Shown here one piece after another: positions 1 through 10,247 of a stretch of DNA of 64,000 nt. The stretch's first letter is position 1; the number at the start of each line of letters is the position of its first letter. The translations under genes and the position numbers were made by a program. The notes below the pieces were generated by a model, which made no database searches, had not been told where the DNA came from, and was given only the letters and a program-made list of their open reading frames with translations. This stretch comes from Fibrobacteria bacterium (GTDB lineage: Bacteria; Fibrobacterota; Chitinivibrionia; Chitinivibrionales; FEN-1185), in contig JBBIGR010000003.1 of the NCBI GenBank assembly GCA_037447435.1, forward strand, positions 32,001-96,000, in the 5' to 3' direction.

Positions 1-640
1 AATCGACATCCATTCCCATAACTTTGCCGTTCGCCGAAAACGAATGGCAGTTTCCGCAAACGGGAAGGTTTTGGAGTACTACGGGAGGAGGGATATTTTT
101 TGAAATCGAACCGAATCGCCACCGGATTTTAGAAGGGTCTTTGACCGCTTCGTTGAACGGAAGGTTTACTTCCCGATAAAACAGGGGAGCGCCGACGCTG
201 TCGGTCGATGTGCGGATCGATATTTTCCCCAATGAATATGAAGAAAAATTGCGTATGCCGATTATCGATATATTTGCATTTTGTTCATGGGAATGTTGTT
301 TTATTTGTTGCCAAAGGGTTTCGGATGGAATCCAATGCGAACTATCGGAGAATACATTGACAGGAGAAAAACCGTCTTGGAAGGAAATGCTGATCAACCA
401 TTTTCTTATTCGTTTATTTCCTTCCTCCCAGCGAAATGAGGGCGCGCAAATCTCGGGAGGAAAAACCGTACTGTCGAATGGAAATAAAAGCGGAATTTTC
501 TGCACGGAGTCATGCGCTTTGCTAGTTTGTACTATGTAATAATTTGGAGTGTTTACCAGTTTAATTATAAAAAAGCAACAAATAAAAACAAGAACAAAGA
601 ACCCTGCACTGGCAGTTTGCAACTTTATTTTCGACTTCAT
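1..640 (-). CDS. N-terminal part of an exported CxxCH-motif protein, probably TolB/PD40 beta-propeller type (runs off the window)
   Basis: Not in the ORF track. Translated by hand from ATG at 640 (AGGAGG at 645-650): MKSKIKLQTASAGFFVLVFICCFFII...FPFDSTVFPPEICAPSFRW...APLFYREVNLPF...PVCGNCHSFSANGKVMGMDVD, open to the window edge. Confidence 0.75.
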   Translation of the reverse strand, partial: MKSKIKLQTASAGFFVLVFICCFFIIKLVNTPNYYIVQTSKAHDSVQKIPLLFPFDSTVFPPEICAPSFRWEEGNKRIRKWLISISFQDGFSPVNVFSDSSHWIPSETLWQQIKQHSHEQNANISIIGIRNFSSYSLGKISIRTSTDSVGAPLFYREVNLPFNEAVKDPSKIRWRFGSISKNIPPPVVLQNLPVCGNCHSFSANGKVMGMDVD

Positions 641-726
641 GCCCCCTCCTTGCCAAAATGTACATCACGGCACAACGGCTTGTGCAACCACTTTTCCGCG
701 GAATGGTTCTAGGCGATAAAACAATA

Positions 727-2568
727 TTAATGCGTATCTAAAGAGAGCGGATCTGCTTTTTCCGGAACAACAACCGTACCCAGATAGCGGTCGAGAGTGA
801 GCAGAACAAACCGTAAATCTAAGTTTCTTCGGTCTAAAAACAGGACTTCGGATCCGATTCCTTCCGCAATCGCCTTTTTCTGCGGCATGGAATCAAGGAG
901 AAAAACCTTTAGCGGAGACGGCTGTTTGTTTTGTTCTTTCTCATCGTCATAAAACATGATATCGAGGGGAAAACCTTTGTCTGGAATGAAAATAATTACC
1001 TTTGACTGCGTATACAGGTCCGGAGTGAATTGCGTGGTGATCTTTACGGTAAAGCCGCTATTGCGAAGCGCGGTGACAAGCGGGTGATAGGAAAATCTTT
1101 TATTGAATACGACGATAATATCTATTAATTCACCTTCCTCGCGTGTCTTTGTTATAAAAAAGTTTTTGGGCGAAATATTAAGATATTTACAGAGGGTATA
1201 AAGATCCCTGAAAATGGAACTGAAAAATATTTCCATCGGACCGCTTTGCAATCGGAGGTCCTTGAGCATTTCAAAAGGGATTTCTTCGAGAATTTCGTCG
1301 CAGGAATGTCCGATGTTCATGGCTTTGGCCAAAACGTCCGCCACATAAACGGATTCCTGGATGATGCGGTCCATGGGTGTAGGGCAGTCAAGGATGTGAC
1401 CGGGTTTATGGTGGTTTAAAATCGCCAGGCATATTGAAGACGGAAAATTCCATTTTGTCGTGAGATAATGTCCCAGTTCCGAATGCGTGAAATTCATCAG
1501 CTTTGTTTCGATTTTGTAAAACGAGGTGACCGAATTGGTGGTTTCTTCCAATAATTTTGGAAAAAGCATTTCAAAATTATTATCAAGGGGAATTTTGCCT
1601 AAATCGTGGATAAGGCCCGAAATGAAGGCGAGTTCCGGTTTTACATGCCCCGAATCCTTGCAAAGTTTTTCCGCTATGAGAGCGACACCAAGGGAATGCA
1701 GCCAAAATTCGTCTCGTGAAAACCCATAATTTTTCCGGTGTTCCGGCGACATATCGATAAGTGCCAGGCAAGCCAATAAATTATTGGTTTCCCTGAAACC
1801 GAGCCGCACAACCGCTTCCTTGACTTCCGTTACTCTGCTTCCCCGTTTAGCATAATATACCGCATTGGCGACTTTTAGTATTGCCGTTGATGCCGCCAAA
1901 TCGGTTTCAATGCATTTGGCGAGCTCATTGCAACAACTGGCATCAGAGCCGATTATATCGAGCGCTTTTATCACGGTAAAAGGAAATGCCCATTGTCTAT
2001 GGATAACGCTTTCCACGGCACGAAGCTTTGCTTCAAGACCTACGGAATTGTCGAATAATTTAGGGGCGATGATTCTGTCTGCATTGGCAGTATCGATTTC
2101 AGCTGAACCCGTATAGGTGAGAGTTTGATTAGTGTTTACCAGAAGGGTTTCAACACGCTTGAGCAGGTCGGCAAAATTAAAGGGATATTCCAAGATATTG
2201 ATAATATTGCTTGTTGATATCGGGTCGTCGGAAATTAATTCCTTTTTCAGATTTTCTATAAGATATTTGATTGTGCCGGGTATGACCACCAGTACCGGAA
2301 TGCGTTTTGTCCGTAATGATTTTTGCAATCGGGCGACAAGCAAAACATCTTTAGTATTATTCGGTGTAATGTCGGCTATTATCAGGTCTGGCAGAAACTG
2401 GTTCGACTTAATCATTGCCAAATATGGGGTATTTGAATTAATAATTCGGTAATTGCATTGCATTAATGCTACATTTAATATGTCACCGATTCGTTCCCTG
2501 GTCGAGAAAAGCAGGATAACGGGTTTTGCCGAATCTTTTGATTCTGAGGAAGACGGATGTTTTTCCAT
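727..2568 (-). CDS. Receiver-like domain + HDOD domain signalling protein
   Basis: N-terminal REC-like fold (PDLIIADITP). HDOD motifs DLAASTAILKVANA, AVVRLG, FWLHS, HDLGK, HSELG..L...WNFP. Start taken at MEKHP (ORF track 2625). Confidence 0.85.
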   Translation of the reverse strand: MEKHPSSSESKDSAKPVILLFSTRERIGDILNVALMQCNYRIINSNTPYLAMIKSNQFLPDLIIADITPNNTKDVLLVARLQKSLRTKRIPVLVVIPGTIKYLIENLKKELISDDPISTSNIINILEYPFNFADLLKRVETLLVNTNQTLTYTGSAEIDTANADRIIAPKLFDNSVGLEAKLRAVESVIHRQWAFPFTVIKALDIIGSDASCCNELAKCIETDLAASTAILKVANAVYYAKRGSRVTEVKEAVVRLGFRETNNLLACLALIDMSPEHRKNYGFSRDEFWLHSLGVALIAEKLCKDSGHVKPELAFISGLIHDLGKIPLDNNFEMLFPKLLEETTNSVTSFYKIETKLMNFTHSELGHYLTTKWNFPSSICLAILNHHKPGHILDCPTPMDRIIQESVYVADVLAKAMNIGHSCDEILEEIPFEMLKDLRLQSGPMEIFFSSIFRDLYTLCKYLNISPKNFFITKTREEGELIDIIVVFNKRFSYHPLVTALRNSGFTVKITTQFTPDLYTQSKVIIFIPDKGFPLDIMFYDDEKEQNKQPSPLKVFLLDSMPQKKAIAEGIGSEVLFLDRRNLDLRFVLLTLDRYLGTVVVPEKADPLSLDTH

Positions 2569-2801
2569 GGTATTCTTTATAGTAGCATGTAAAAACAAGG
2601 ACGTCAAGCTTTCTTGGGAAAACAAGTGCAGGATCTAAAACTGTTCGCGTTCCGATAACGCTTTTTTAGCATGACCGGGATAATGCCAATTATTTGTTGC
2701 TGCTGTGCCATATATTGTATCCCGGAATTATTTTAAATTTTGTTAAAGTTTGCTTTCGACATCTTTATGATTGGTACTACCATAAACAAAGGACATTCAA
2801 C

Positions 2802-3404
2802 ATGACGATTCGCAAACGTTCGGCGTTGCTGCTCTCTATTCTCTGTATTGCAGTGTCCAGTTTATACGCTCAAACGATTTCAGGGACCGTTATCGATGCG
2901 ATATCAAAGTCTCCTGTTGTCAATGCGAAAATAACGGTACTCGAGAACAAAAAAGAATACAAAACCGATGCTACGGGGTCGTATAAAATAGATTCGCTCG
3001 AAAAAGGAGATTATTCCATTCGGTTTGAAGCAGAATCATATATTAAACAGACCAAATCCGTCAAAATGGTTGCGGCCCAAGGAAATGTCGGAACAACGTC
3101 AATAACGCTGAATGTCGTTCTTTTTTCGGTTTCCTCAGAAGCCGACCAGGCAAAAGGCTCGATGGAAATCAAGTATTACTTTCCCGGGCATAATGAAGTG
3201 TCAATTGATGTGTGTGACGCAAACGACAAGATCGTAAAAACCGTGTTCGACCGATCCCGCAACGGCGGCATGCGGACATTTTTATGGAATGGGGCGGACA
3301 ATAAAGGCGTGCCGGTACCTGCGGGAAAATATACCTGCAAATTCAAATGCGGCAATTTGTATACCTCGCGCACCCTTGTTTGGAACGGCGAGCAAAAAAA
3401 GTAG
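2802..3404 (+). CDS. Secreted protein: carboxypeptidase-regulatory-like domain + FlgD Ig-like domain
   Basis: Signal peptide ending LYA-Q; ISGTVIDA...TDATGSY...GDYSI; C-terminal WNGADNKGVPVPAGKY. Start 2802 follows AAGGA. Confidence 0.75.
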   Translation: MTIRKRSALLLSILCIAVSSLYAQTISGTVIDAISKSPVVNAKITVLENKKEYKTDATGSYKIDSLEKGDYSIRFEAESYIKQTKSVKMVAAQGNVGTTSITLNVVLFSVSSEADQAKGSMEIKYYFPGHNEVSIDVCDANDKIVKTVFDRSRNGGMRTFLWNGADNKGVPVPAGKYTCKFKCGNLYTSRTLVWNGEQKK

Positions 3405-3428
3405 AATAAATTAAGAATTACTAAAATC

Positions 3429-3456
3429 CGGTAGAGACTCTGTTACGTCTCTACCG
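3429..3456. terminator. Hairpin between convergent genes (GTAG-REP-like palindrome)
   Basis: CGGTAGAGAC-N8-GTCTCTACCG, a perfect 10-bp inverted repeat. Confidence 0.55.
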
Positions 3457-3477
3457 CAGACCTTCTATGTTTATATT

Positions 3478-4425
3478 TCAAAACCCGAATTTCTCCGTAA
3501 GCCATTTTTGAGCATCAAGAGCCGCCATACAGCCGCTTGCTGCCGCTGTTATTGCTTGACGGTATCTGAAGTCCTGTACATCTCCCGCCGCAAAAACTCC
3601 TTCGACCGATGTCATGGTGCTGCCTTGTTGTTTAAAGAGGTACCCTGTTTCGGTCAATGTAAATTGATTACCAAGAAACGATGTGTTAGGCTGATGGCCG
3701 ATTGCTTCAAAGGCGCCTGCAACCTCGAGCTGTGACACTTCGTTCGTAATTGTATCCCGTATTCTAAGGCCTCTCAACATGGAATCGCCCAGGAATTCCT
3801 CAACGGTCTTATTCCAAAGTATTTCAATTTTCTCATGCTGGCAGGCACGTTCCTGCATGATTTTACTGGCTCGCAAACTATCGCGCCTATGAATCAGGAA
3901 TACCTTTGAGCCGAATTTGGTCAAGTGCAGAGCCTCTTCAACAGCTGTATCGCCTCCGCCTATGACTGCCAAGGGTTTATTTCTGAAAACAGGCAATGCT
4001 CCATCGCAAACGGCGCAAGCCGAAATTCCCCGATTAAAGAATTTCTTTTCGGATGCCAGATTCAACCTGCGGGCAGTTGCTCCGGTGGCAATTATTAACG
4101 AATGAGATTGATAGGTATCGCCGCCGGAACTGGTAATAGTGAATGGGTTCGATTTTACTTCAATGCTTTCAATGTCTTCGGTGATGATTTTTGTACCGAA
4201 CCTGAGCGCTTGGGCGCGCATTTCAGCCATAAGTTTTTGCCCGCCAATGCCGTTTTGAAACCCGGGGAAATTTTCAATGATGGTAGTAATCATTAACTGT
4301 CCGCCGGGTATGCCGCCGGCTTGAAATCCTTCAAAAAGGAGCGGGGACAAATTTGCCCGGGCAGCATAGATTGCAGCTGTGAGTCCAGATGGGCCGGATC
4401 CAATTATAACGAGCTTTTCGGTCAT
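3478..4425 (-). CDS. trxB: Thioredoxin-disulfide reductase
   Basis: GSGPSG FAD motif, GGQL, SACAVCDG redox motif, GGGDTA, HRRD, FAAGD. GGAGG precedes MTEK. Confidence 0.96.
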   Translation of the reverse strand: MTEKLVIIGSGPSGLTAAIYAARANLSPLLFEGFQAGGIPGGQLMITTIIENFPGFQNGIGGQKLMAEMRAQALRFGTKIITEDIESIEVKSNPFTITSSGGDTYQSHSLIIATGATARRLNLASEKKFFNRGISACAVCDGALPVFRNKPLAVIGGGDTAVEEALHLTKFGSKVFLIHRRDSLRASKIMQERACQHEKIEILWNKTVEEFLGDSMLRGLRIRDTITNEVSQLEVAGAFEAIGHQPNTSFLGNQFTLTETGYLFKQQGSTMTSVEGVFAAGDVQDFRYRQAITAAASGCMAALDAQKWLTEKFGF

Positions 4426-4546
4426 GAAGCCTCCTGTGTGCAAAACTTGAATTTAAATATTTCTATCGATATAATTGTATTGGCAGATAAAAGCTTAGTT
4501 AAAAGTACAAAACTGCATTGAACCCGAGGAGTTGCTAAAATTTTAC

Positions 4547-4562
4547 TGTGACGAAAATCACT
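4547..4562. promoter_or_regulatory. CRP/FNR-family-like binding site
   Basis: TGTGA-CGAAAA-TCACT matches TGTGA-N6-TCACA at 9/10 positions, in the divergent intergenic region. Confidence 0.4.
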
Positions 4563-4638
4563 GATTCTTTTATCGTTTTATGCTACAATTAAATCGATAT
4601 CGCAAATTATTGGTTTATTCCTTTTTCCGGAGCGAGTA

Positions 4639-7600
4639 ATGAAAATTAAACGCATCGCAAATAAAATAATCATTTGCCTAGGAATGCTATGCTGTTTTTT
4701 CGAGGCAACGCATGCTCAGACGGCTGCACCGTCGATGTATACGGTTTCGGGCACGGTTGTTGCCGATAGCGGCAGGGCTGCGACAAGCGTTCGAATCATG
4801 TTCATCGATTCGTCCAATTATTCCAGGGATGTTATCGCAACCGCGACCGGCGGGTTTTCAATTATGTTGCCTGTTGGGACGTATAAAATACGTATCGAAG
4901 CGGTAGGCTATCCGATACAATATTTCAACGGCTCGGTAAATTCGGATTTGCCAATATTCAGATTGAGCGTTCTTGCCGATAAAAGTCTTTCGATTACCCT
5001 GACAAAAACACCGCAAAAGGCATTTCCAAGCTATGGCACGGTGAGCGGAATTGTCCTGGATTCCGTCGGGAGACCGCTGGTGGGAGCTGCGGTGGAATTG
5101 TTTATGCTCAGCTATAACGACGTTTCCGCGGTATTACAAACAGATAATACCGGGTATTTTTCCGCCACAGTACCGGCGTTGACGCATAATATGTCGGTCG
5201 TGTGGGGTGGGTATCCCAAGCAATATTGGACTCCGGGCGGCACGTCGATAAGTGCGACGCCTAATACCGTTTTTCAGGTTTTACCAAACGATACCGTACG
5301 ATTGACTATGAAATTAACGCAATATCCCGGCAACGGCACCCCTGTGTATCCGCCGGTTTACAATAACGGATACATTACGGGGAAGGTGCTTGTAAAAGCT
5401 TCCAACCTTCCTGCCACGGGAATGATTGTGTATGCGTTTCCACAAGACAGCTCCTTTTTGAAAACGACAATTTTTCCCGATCTGATGACCACTCCGTATT
5501 CCGATACGGTGCACGCCGACGGTTCTTATACGATAAAAAATCTATCGCTGGGTTCGTATTTGGTTTTTTGCCGCGGTGGCATTTACATGACACAATTTTT
5601 TCCTCAAACGGATAATTCCACAAATGCGGCTTTGATCCGCGTCGATTCTACCGGCAGAGTCGGCATTGATTTTTTTGTCAGACCTGCAGGGGCAATTGAA
5701 GGTCAGGTGAGTTCTGTACAAACAAATCTGAATTTGGATGGAATCATTGTGTATGCCAATCAGGTCGAAACAAATAAACAACTTTCCGCAACAACCTCTT
5801 TAGGCGGCAAATTTAAGATAACAGGATGCGCAACGGGTCGTTGGAGTCTTGCCGTGAATGGCGACCGGGGCTTTTTTATCGATTACACAAAAGGGACTCA
5901 GGATTATTATGTGACCGAAGGAATGACCGTAACGGGTGCAAATGTTCCGCTGTTACGCGGCGGATCTATTACAGGTCAAGTTATGGCGCCGCAAGACACG
6001 AATGCAACAAGCTCTTTCAACATTGCCTTGTTTCCCGATTCGGTACTGAGTGCAAGTAATCCGTATCCCTATGAAACCCAATCGGTATGGTGCTATCAAA
6101 AAAACGCTTCACAATTCACATCTTCCGTATGTCAACCAGGAACATACCGCTGTATCGCCGAACCCCAAATGCCGTACATTTCACGATATGGCTCTTGGGG
6201 ACCGGTTCCCTGTTGGTCGTATTCGATGGGGGCCGTCGGTCCGATACAATCGATACGCCAGGTTGCACCCATAACGATAGTTGCAGGCGATACCGCGCAA
6301 AACGCCTCGTTTCTATTTACAAAAGGGTTTTCGTTTTTATCATGGTTTTCGGTAGAGGACAAATCCGTGACGCCGCCGACGTGGGCACATGTCGACGCGT
6401 GCATAAAAGACGGTTCGAGTTATATTCCGATTTCTCACGGTTACATAACAAGCGGCGACAGTATGTTCCAGCTTGCCGGACTTGTTGACGGACAGGATTA
6501 CTTTCTGAGGGCGGATGCCGAAGGATATCCGACGCAATGGTGGGGAAGCGGCAATGTCATGAGCTCCGATCCTTCATCGCCGTATCATTTTTCAGTGTCC
6601 CAATTCACGATGCCGAAAATAAAAATGCTCCGGGTTCCCTCAGGTTTCAAGAGCAATTATATCCCATTATCGATTACGACTACGATGGATTCGCTTAAGA
6701 ATCTCGTCGTTTCATGGAATGCCGACGTGTCGATGAAGGTCGATACGTTTTTCTTATATAGTAAAGACCGAAACGGCCTCGTTAAAATGGTGCTTTCGCT
6801 GCCTTTCGATCCGACGACGCAGAAATATTCGTGGAGGGAATTGCGGGATTTGTCTATAAACCAGTATTCATATATCGTTGTCGGAAAAGGCAAGACCTAT
6901 ACGATACGATCCTCGGTAGCGGGATACGATTTTTCAAGCTTTAACCAGCCTGCGCAAGATTCGCTGTATTTCAGCGTCTACGGTGATCACCACGGAATAT
7001 CCATGAATTGGTCTGCCGGTAAATCTTATGTTGCAAGTGACAAGGATACTGTTTCCCTTTATAAGCTCGGCGATGCCGGAGTATGGGCGGTTCTTATGAA
7101 ACAGCCGGCGTCTAACACTTGGATTTCCGATAATAAATGGGATAAGGTTAAAGATGCGGGTAAAACATTCTCGTATAAAATCGAGCTCGGGTCAAACGGA
7201 ATTGCTAAAAAGGTTTCAGGGGTCCGTTCGTTTACTCTTGACAATACATTCGTGAGCTCGTTGTCGAATAGTTATTCGGTAGGACCCTCGGAAACGTATA
7301 AAAAAATCCAGGACGCGGTGAACGCAGCCAACGATTTCGACGATATCGAGATAATGCCCGGTACGTATTTCGAGAATATCGATTGCAAAGGCAAGGTGTT
7401 ATCGTTTAACGGCCAGTGGAACAACGGCGTCGCACCGGTAATCGATGCGAACGGCGGTACCGCTTTTAAGGTTCCGTTTTGCGCAAAAGGAGGAATTAAC
7501 GATAATGTTTCGATTTCGGGTTTAAAAATACAAAATGCGCTTGTCGGCGTTAATTCGTCGGCGACAATAAATCTGAATCAATGCCTTTTTGTAAATATCG

Positions 7601-10128
7601 TCAAGCAAATTTTAACCGCATCGATCGATACTGCGGCCATGATGACTGCGGCCCAAAAGGACCCTTTCAACGGCTATGACGTGCAATTGAATGCATGGCA
7701 ATGCACATTCATAGGCTCAAAAGGCACTGTGGCTCTGGCGCATGTCGGCTCGCAGGGGAGCTATGAAAATCCCGCTGCCGGAGCGACACTAACCGGCTAC
7801 GAACCGTATTTTCTGTCTCCCGCATCCTTGTTTTCGTCACATGTAAAATGCGATAATTCCATTATTGTCGATTTCGCGATGCCGCAAATTCCTCTTGATA
7901 TTGGAGGAAAATATGGCGGTGGGTATTTTGGAAATTGCGATTTTTATAACGCCTCTATAATGGTCCCTTCGACCATGACCGCTCAAGTCGATTTTAACGG
8001 GCAGCAATATTCCCTGGACCCGATGTTTACAGATAATATTAATTATTTCCTCCCGGACAGTTCGGCCCTTCGGACAATTTCCGGAAACACGACGATCGGC
8101 TATGATCAGCGTCGATTGTACAATACGAATGGGAGCGGACAAAATACGATCAGACTTCCGGCAGTCCCGAATATTCATGTTACGGTTTCCCCGCCCCGTT
8201 CCGTTACATTGCGCTGGGACCGTTTGTCTGCCGATCAGCCCGTAAAGGACTATGTTGTTTTTAGAGTGCACGGATTCGACAGCTTGTTTTTTGTCAATAA
8301 TCAACAGCAATGGGAACCGAAGGTTTCAAATGATTCCCTGTATACGATTTTGGATACTTTTGTCACGAAAGACAGCATATATACGGACACGACTCCGCTA
8401 TTCGGGTTTCCGTACATTTATGTTGTTGCAGCCCGCTCGCAAGACAATGAGATCGGCGAAGTCAACATACCGTTTCCGCCGCCCTTGTCATCATATATAG
8501 TGCGGTTGCAGGCAACGCCGTCGGTGCAGGCTGTCCGTAAATCGATTCTTTCGTTTACCGCGGTTTCACTGGAATGGCCTCCGGTGCCGTCCGCAACGTA
8601 TTCTGTTTACAAAATCGGATTGGATGCCGCAACGATAGGCACCGAGCCCGATTCTGCAAAAATCCGGCAAATTTTAAAGACCAAATCGTATGTGTCCTTG
8701 GATTCTATAGCCACCCGCGACACGGTTATGATAGACTCGAGCTTGCTCTTTAATAGACCGTATTGTTTTGTCGTGGTTGCCAAAACGCCTTCCGCTTCGC
8801 AGGTTTCCCTGGACCAGGTGCAATTGTCCTCATCGTTTGTCTGGATAAATAAGGAGACTTTTTCAGGCCAAAAATCCGTCCGGTTGACCGGAAAGACCTG
8901 GAACATGATTGGGCCTTGGGGCAGCGGCAGTCTCGATTTCTCGGCGGCAACGGATGTGGCCATTTATCATTGGGACGATGCCCGCCAAGCCGATAAATTG
9001 TATTCGCAATACGCTTCGGGTTTTGAAATGAAAACAGGAAAAGCCTACTGGTATCAAAACGACAGGGATACCGTCATTTCCGTGGACACCGCCATCGTTA
9101 ATGCGTTGTCACCGCAAACCGCCCAATTTCTATCTTTGACAAAAGTCAATACCGGGTGGAATCAGGTCGCTTCATCGCTTCCGTATCCTGTTTCTCCTCC
9201 GTGGCTGCAATCGACAATAGCATATGAATGGAATCCGGATTCAAACCAATACGCCATGGCAACGATAATTAAACCCTGGAAAGGATATTGGATTTTTTCG
9301 GAAAAAGATACGTTGCTTCCGTTATGCGGTTTTCCGCAAAAAAACAGCCTTGCAAAAAAAATGATGAACAGCAAATGGGAACTGCGGGTATCCTTGGTCG
9401 GGAAAAAAAGCAACGATCCGGATAACTTTTGCGGACAGGTGGCCCCGACTTCGGCAAAATCTTCTGCCGTGGCAAACTTAAAGCCGCCGTATGCGTTCGA
9501 CTATCCGCAACTTTTCTTTGTGGATAATCAGGAAAACGGTCAACAAATACGACTTTCGAAACAGTACAAATCGCCGGTATCGCAGTCCGACAAATGCGAA
9601 TTCATGGTTGGCGTTTCCCCTTCGACGGAGCCGATGACTATAGCGTTTGATAATATTGCATCGGTACCAAAAAAATCATGCGTGTTCTTTATTCAAAACG
9701 GGACAATGTATAATCTCCGTTCGAATAATTCTATACCGGTAGCCGTCCATAAAGAAGCAGTTTTTGGATATATTGTCGTTACAAGCAATCCCAAAGATAT
9801 AGCGTTGTATGAAGGAACGGTCGAATTGCGGAGGGCATACCCGAATCCTTTTACCCGAAGCGCCCATATCGAATTCACGGTTCCGTATGCATTTGCCGCC
9901 AACGGCGCAAAAATCGAAGGAGAAACAAGGAACATTAATCTTGATATTTATAATCTTACCGGCAAACGTATCGCAAGCGTTATTCACGGGCAATTGCCGG
10001 TGGGCTACTATAATCAGGCTTGGATGGGCATGAATGACGCAGGTAAGCCGGTATCCAACGGATATTATATTGTCCGCTTAAGCGGTCGGGATTTTCAGAA
10101 AACAACGCCGTTGTTTAAAGTCCGTTAA
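4639..10128 (+). CDS. Large secreted multidomain protein (carboxypeptidase-regulatory-like repeats, FN3-like, pectin-lyase-like beta-helix, C-terminal T9SS/FlgD-like domain)
   Basis: Signal peptide; repeated ITG.V...G.Y modules; YKKIQDAVNAA...IMPGTYFENI beta-helix cap; C-terminal YPNPF...IYNLTGKRI...WMGMNDAGKPVSNGYY. Confidence 0.8.
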   Translation: MKIKRIANKIIICLGMLCCFFEATHAQTAAPSMYTVSGTVVADSGRAATSVRIMFIDSSNYSRDVIATATGGFSIMLPVGTYKIRIEAVGYPIQYFNGSVNSDLPIFRLSVLADKSLSITLTKTPQKAFPSYGTVSGIVLDSVGRPLVGAAVELFMLSYNDVSAVLQTDNTGYFSATVPALTHNMSVVWGGYPKQYWTPGGTSISATPNTVFQVLPNDTVRLTMKLTQYPGNGTPVYPPVYNNGYITGKVLVKASNLPATGMIVYAFPQDSSFLKTTIFPDLMTTPYSDTVHADGSYTIKNLSLGSYLVFCRGGIYMTQFFPQTDNSTNAALIRVDSTGRVGIDFFVRPAGAIEGQVSSVQTNLNLDGIIVYANQVETNKQLSATTSLGGKFKITGCATGRWSLAVNGDRGFFIDYTKGTQDYYVTEGMTVTGANVPLLRGGSITGQVMAPQDTNATSSFNIALFPDSVLSASNPYPYETQSVWCYQKNASQFTSSVCQPGTYRCIAEPQMPYISRYGSWGPVPCWSYSMGAVGPIQSIRQVAPITIVAGDTAQNASFLFTKGFSFLSWFSVEDKSVTPPTWAHVDACIKDGSSYIPISHGYITSGDSMFQLAGLVDGQDYFLRADAEGYPTQWWGSGNVMSSDPSSPYHFSVSQFTMPKIKMLRVPSGFKSNYIPLSITTTMDSLKNLVVSWNADVSMKVDTFFLYSKDRNGLVKMVLSLPFDPTTQKYSWRELRDLSINQYSYIVVGKGKTYTIRSSVAGYDFSSFNQPAQDSLYFSVYGDHHGISMNWSAGKSYVASDKDTVSLYKLGDAGVWAVLMKQPASNTWISDNKWDKVKDAGKTFSYKIELGSNGIAKKVSGVRSFTLDNTFVSSLSNSYSVGPSETYKKIQDAVNAANDFDDIEIMPGTYFENIDCKGKVLSFNGQWNNGVAPVIDANGGTAFKVPFCAKGGINDNVSISGLKIQNALVGVNSSATINLNQCLFVNIVKQILTASIDTAAMMTAAQKDPFNGYDVQLNAWQCTFIGSKGTVALAHVGSQGSYENPAAGATLTGYEPYFLSPASLFSSHVKCDNSIIVDFAMPQIPLDIGGKYGGGYFGNCDFYNASIMVPSTMTAQVDFNGQQYSLDPMFTDNINYFLPDSSALRTISGNTTIGYDQRRLYNTNGSGQNTIRLPAVPNIHVTVSPPRSVTLRWDRLSADQPVKDYVVFRVHGFDSLFFVNNQQQWEPKVSNDSLYTILDTFVTKDSIYTDTTPLFGFPYIYVVAARSQDNEIGEVNIPFPPPLSSYIVRLQATPSVQAVRKSILSFTAVSLEWPPVPSATYSVYKIGLDAATIGTEPDSAKIRQILKTKSYVSLDSIATRDTVMIDSSLLFNRPYCFVVVAKTPSASQVSLDQVQLSSSFVWINKETFSGQKSVRLTGKTWNMIGPWGSGSLDFSAATDVAIYHWDDARQADKLYSQYASGFEMKTGKAYWYQNDRDTVISVDTAIVNALSPQTAQFLSLTKVNTGWNQVASSLPYPVSPPWLQSTIAYEWNPDSNQYAMATIIKPWKGYWIFSEKDTLLPLCGFPQKNSLAKKMMNSKWELRVSLVGKKSNDPDNFCGQVAPTSAKSSAVANLKPPYAFDYPQLFFVDNQENGQQIRLSKQYKSPVSQSDKCEFMVGVSPSTEPMTIAFDNIASVPKKSCVFFIQNGTMYNLRSNNSIPVAVHKEAVFGYIVVTSNPKDIALYEGTVELRRAYPNPFTRSAHIEFTVPYAFAANGAKIEGETRNINLDIYNLTGKRIASVIHGQLPVGYYNQAWMGMNDAGKPVSNGYYIVRLSGRDFQKTTPLFKVR

Positions 10129-10247
10129 TGGAATTAAAAAAAACTGTTAGGAAAAATGATCCAAACAGGAATTTTTATCGACTATATTAGAATATTGTAT
10201 GCTGAAGTGCTATAACCCGTTGGTTTCGTTAAAAAAGGATGGAAATC

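Noticed and set aside
210..712. Plus-strand ORFs of 109 and 66 aa
   Set aside because: They are antisense shadows of the minus-strand gene starting at 640, which has a strong RBS.
4480..4496. TTGGCAGATAAAAGC as a sigma54 promoter
   Set aside because: GG-to-GC spacing is 9 rather than the required 10.
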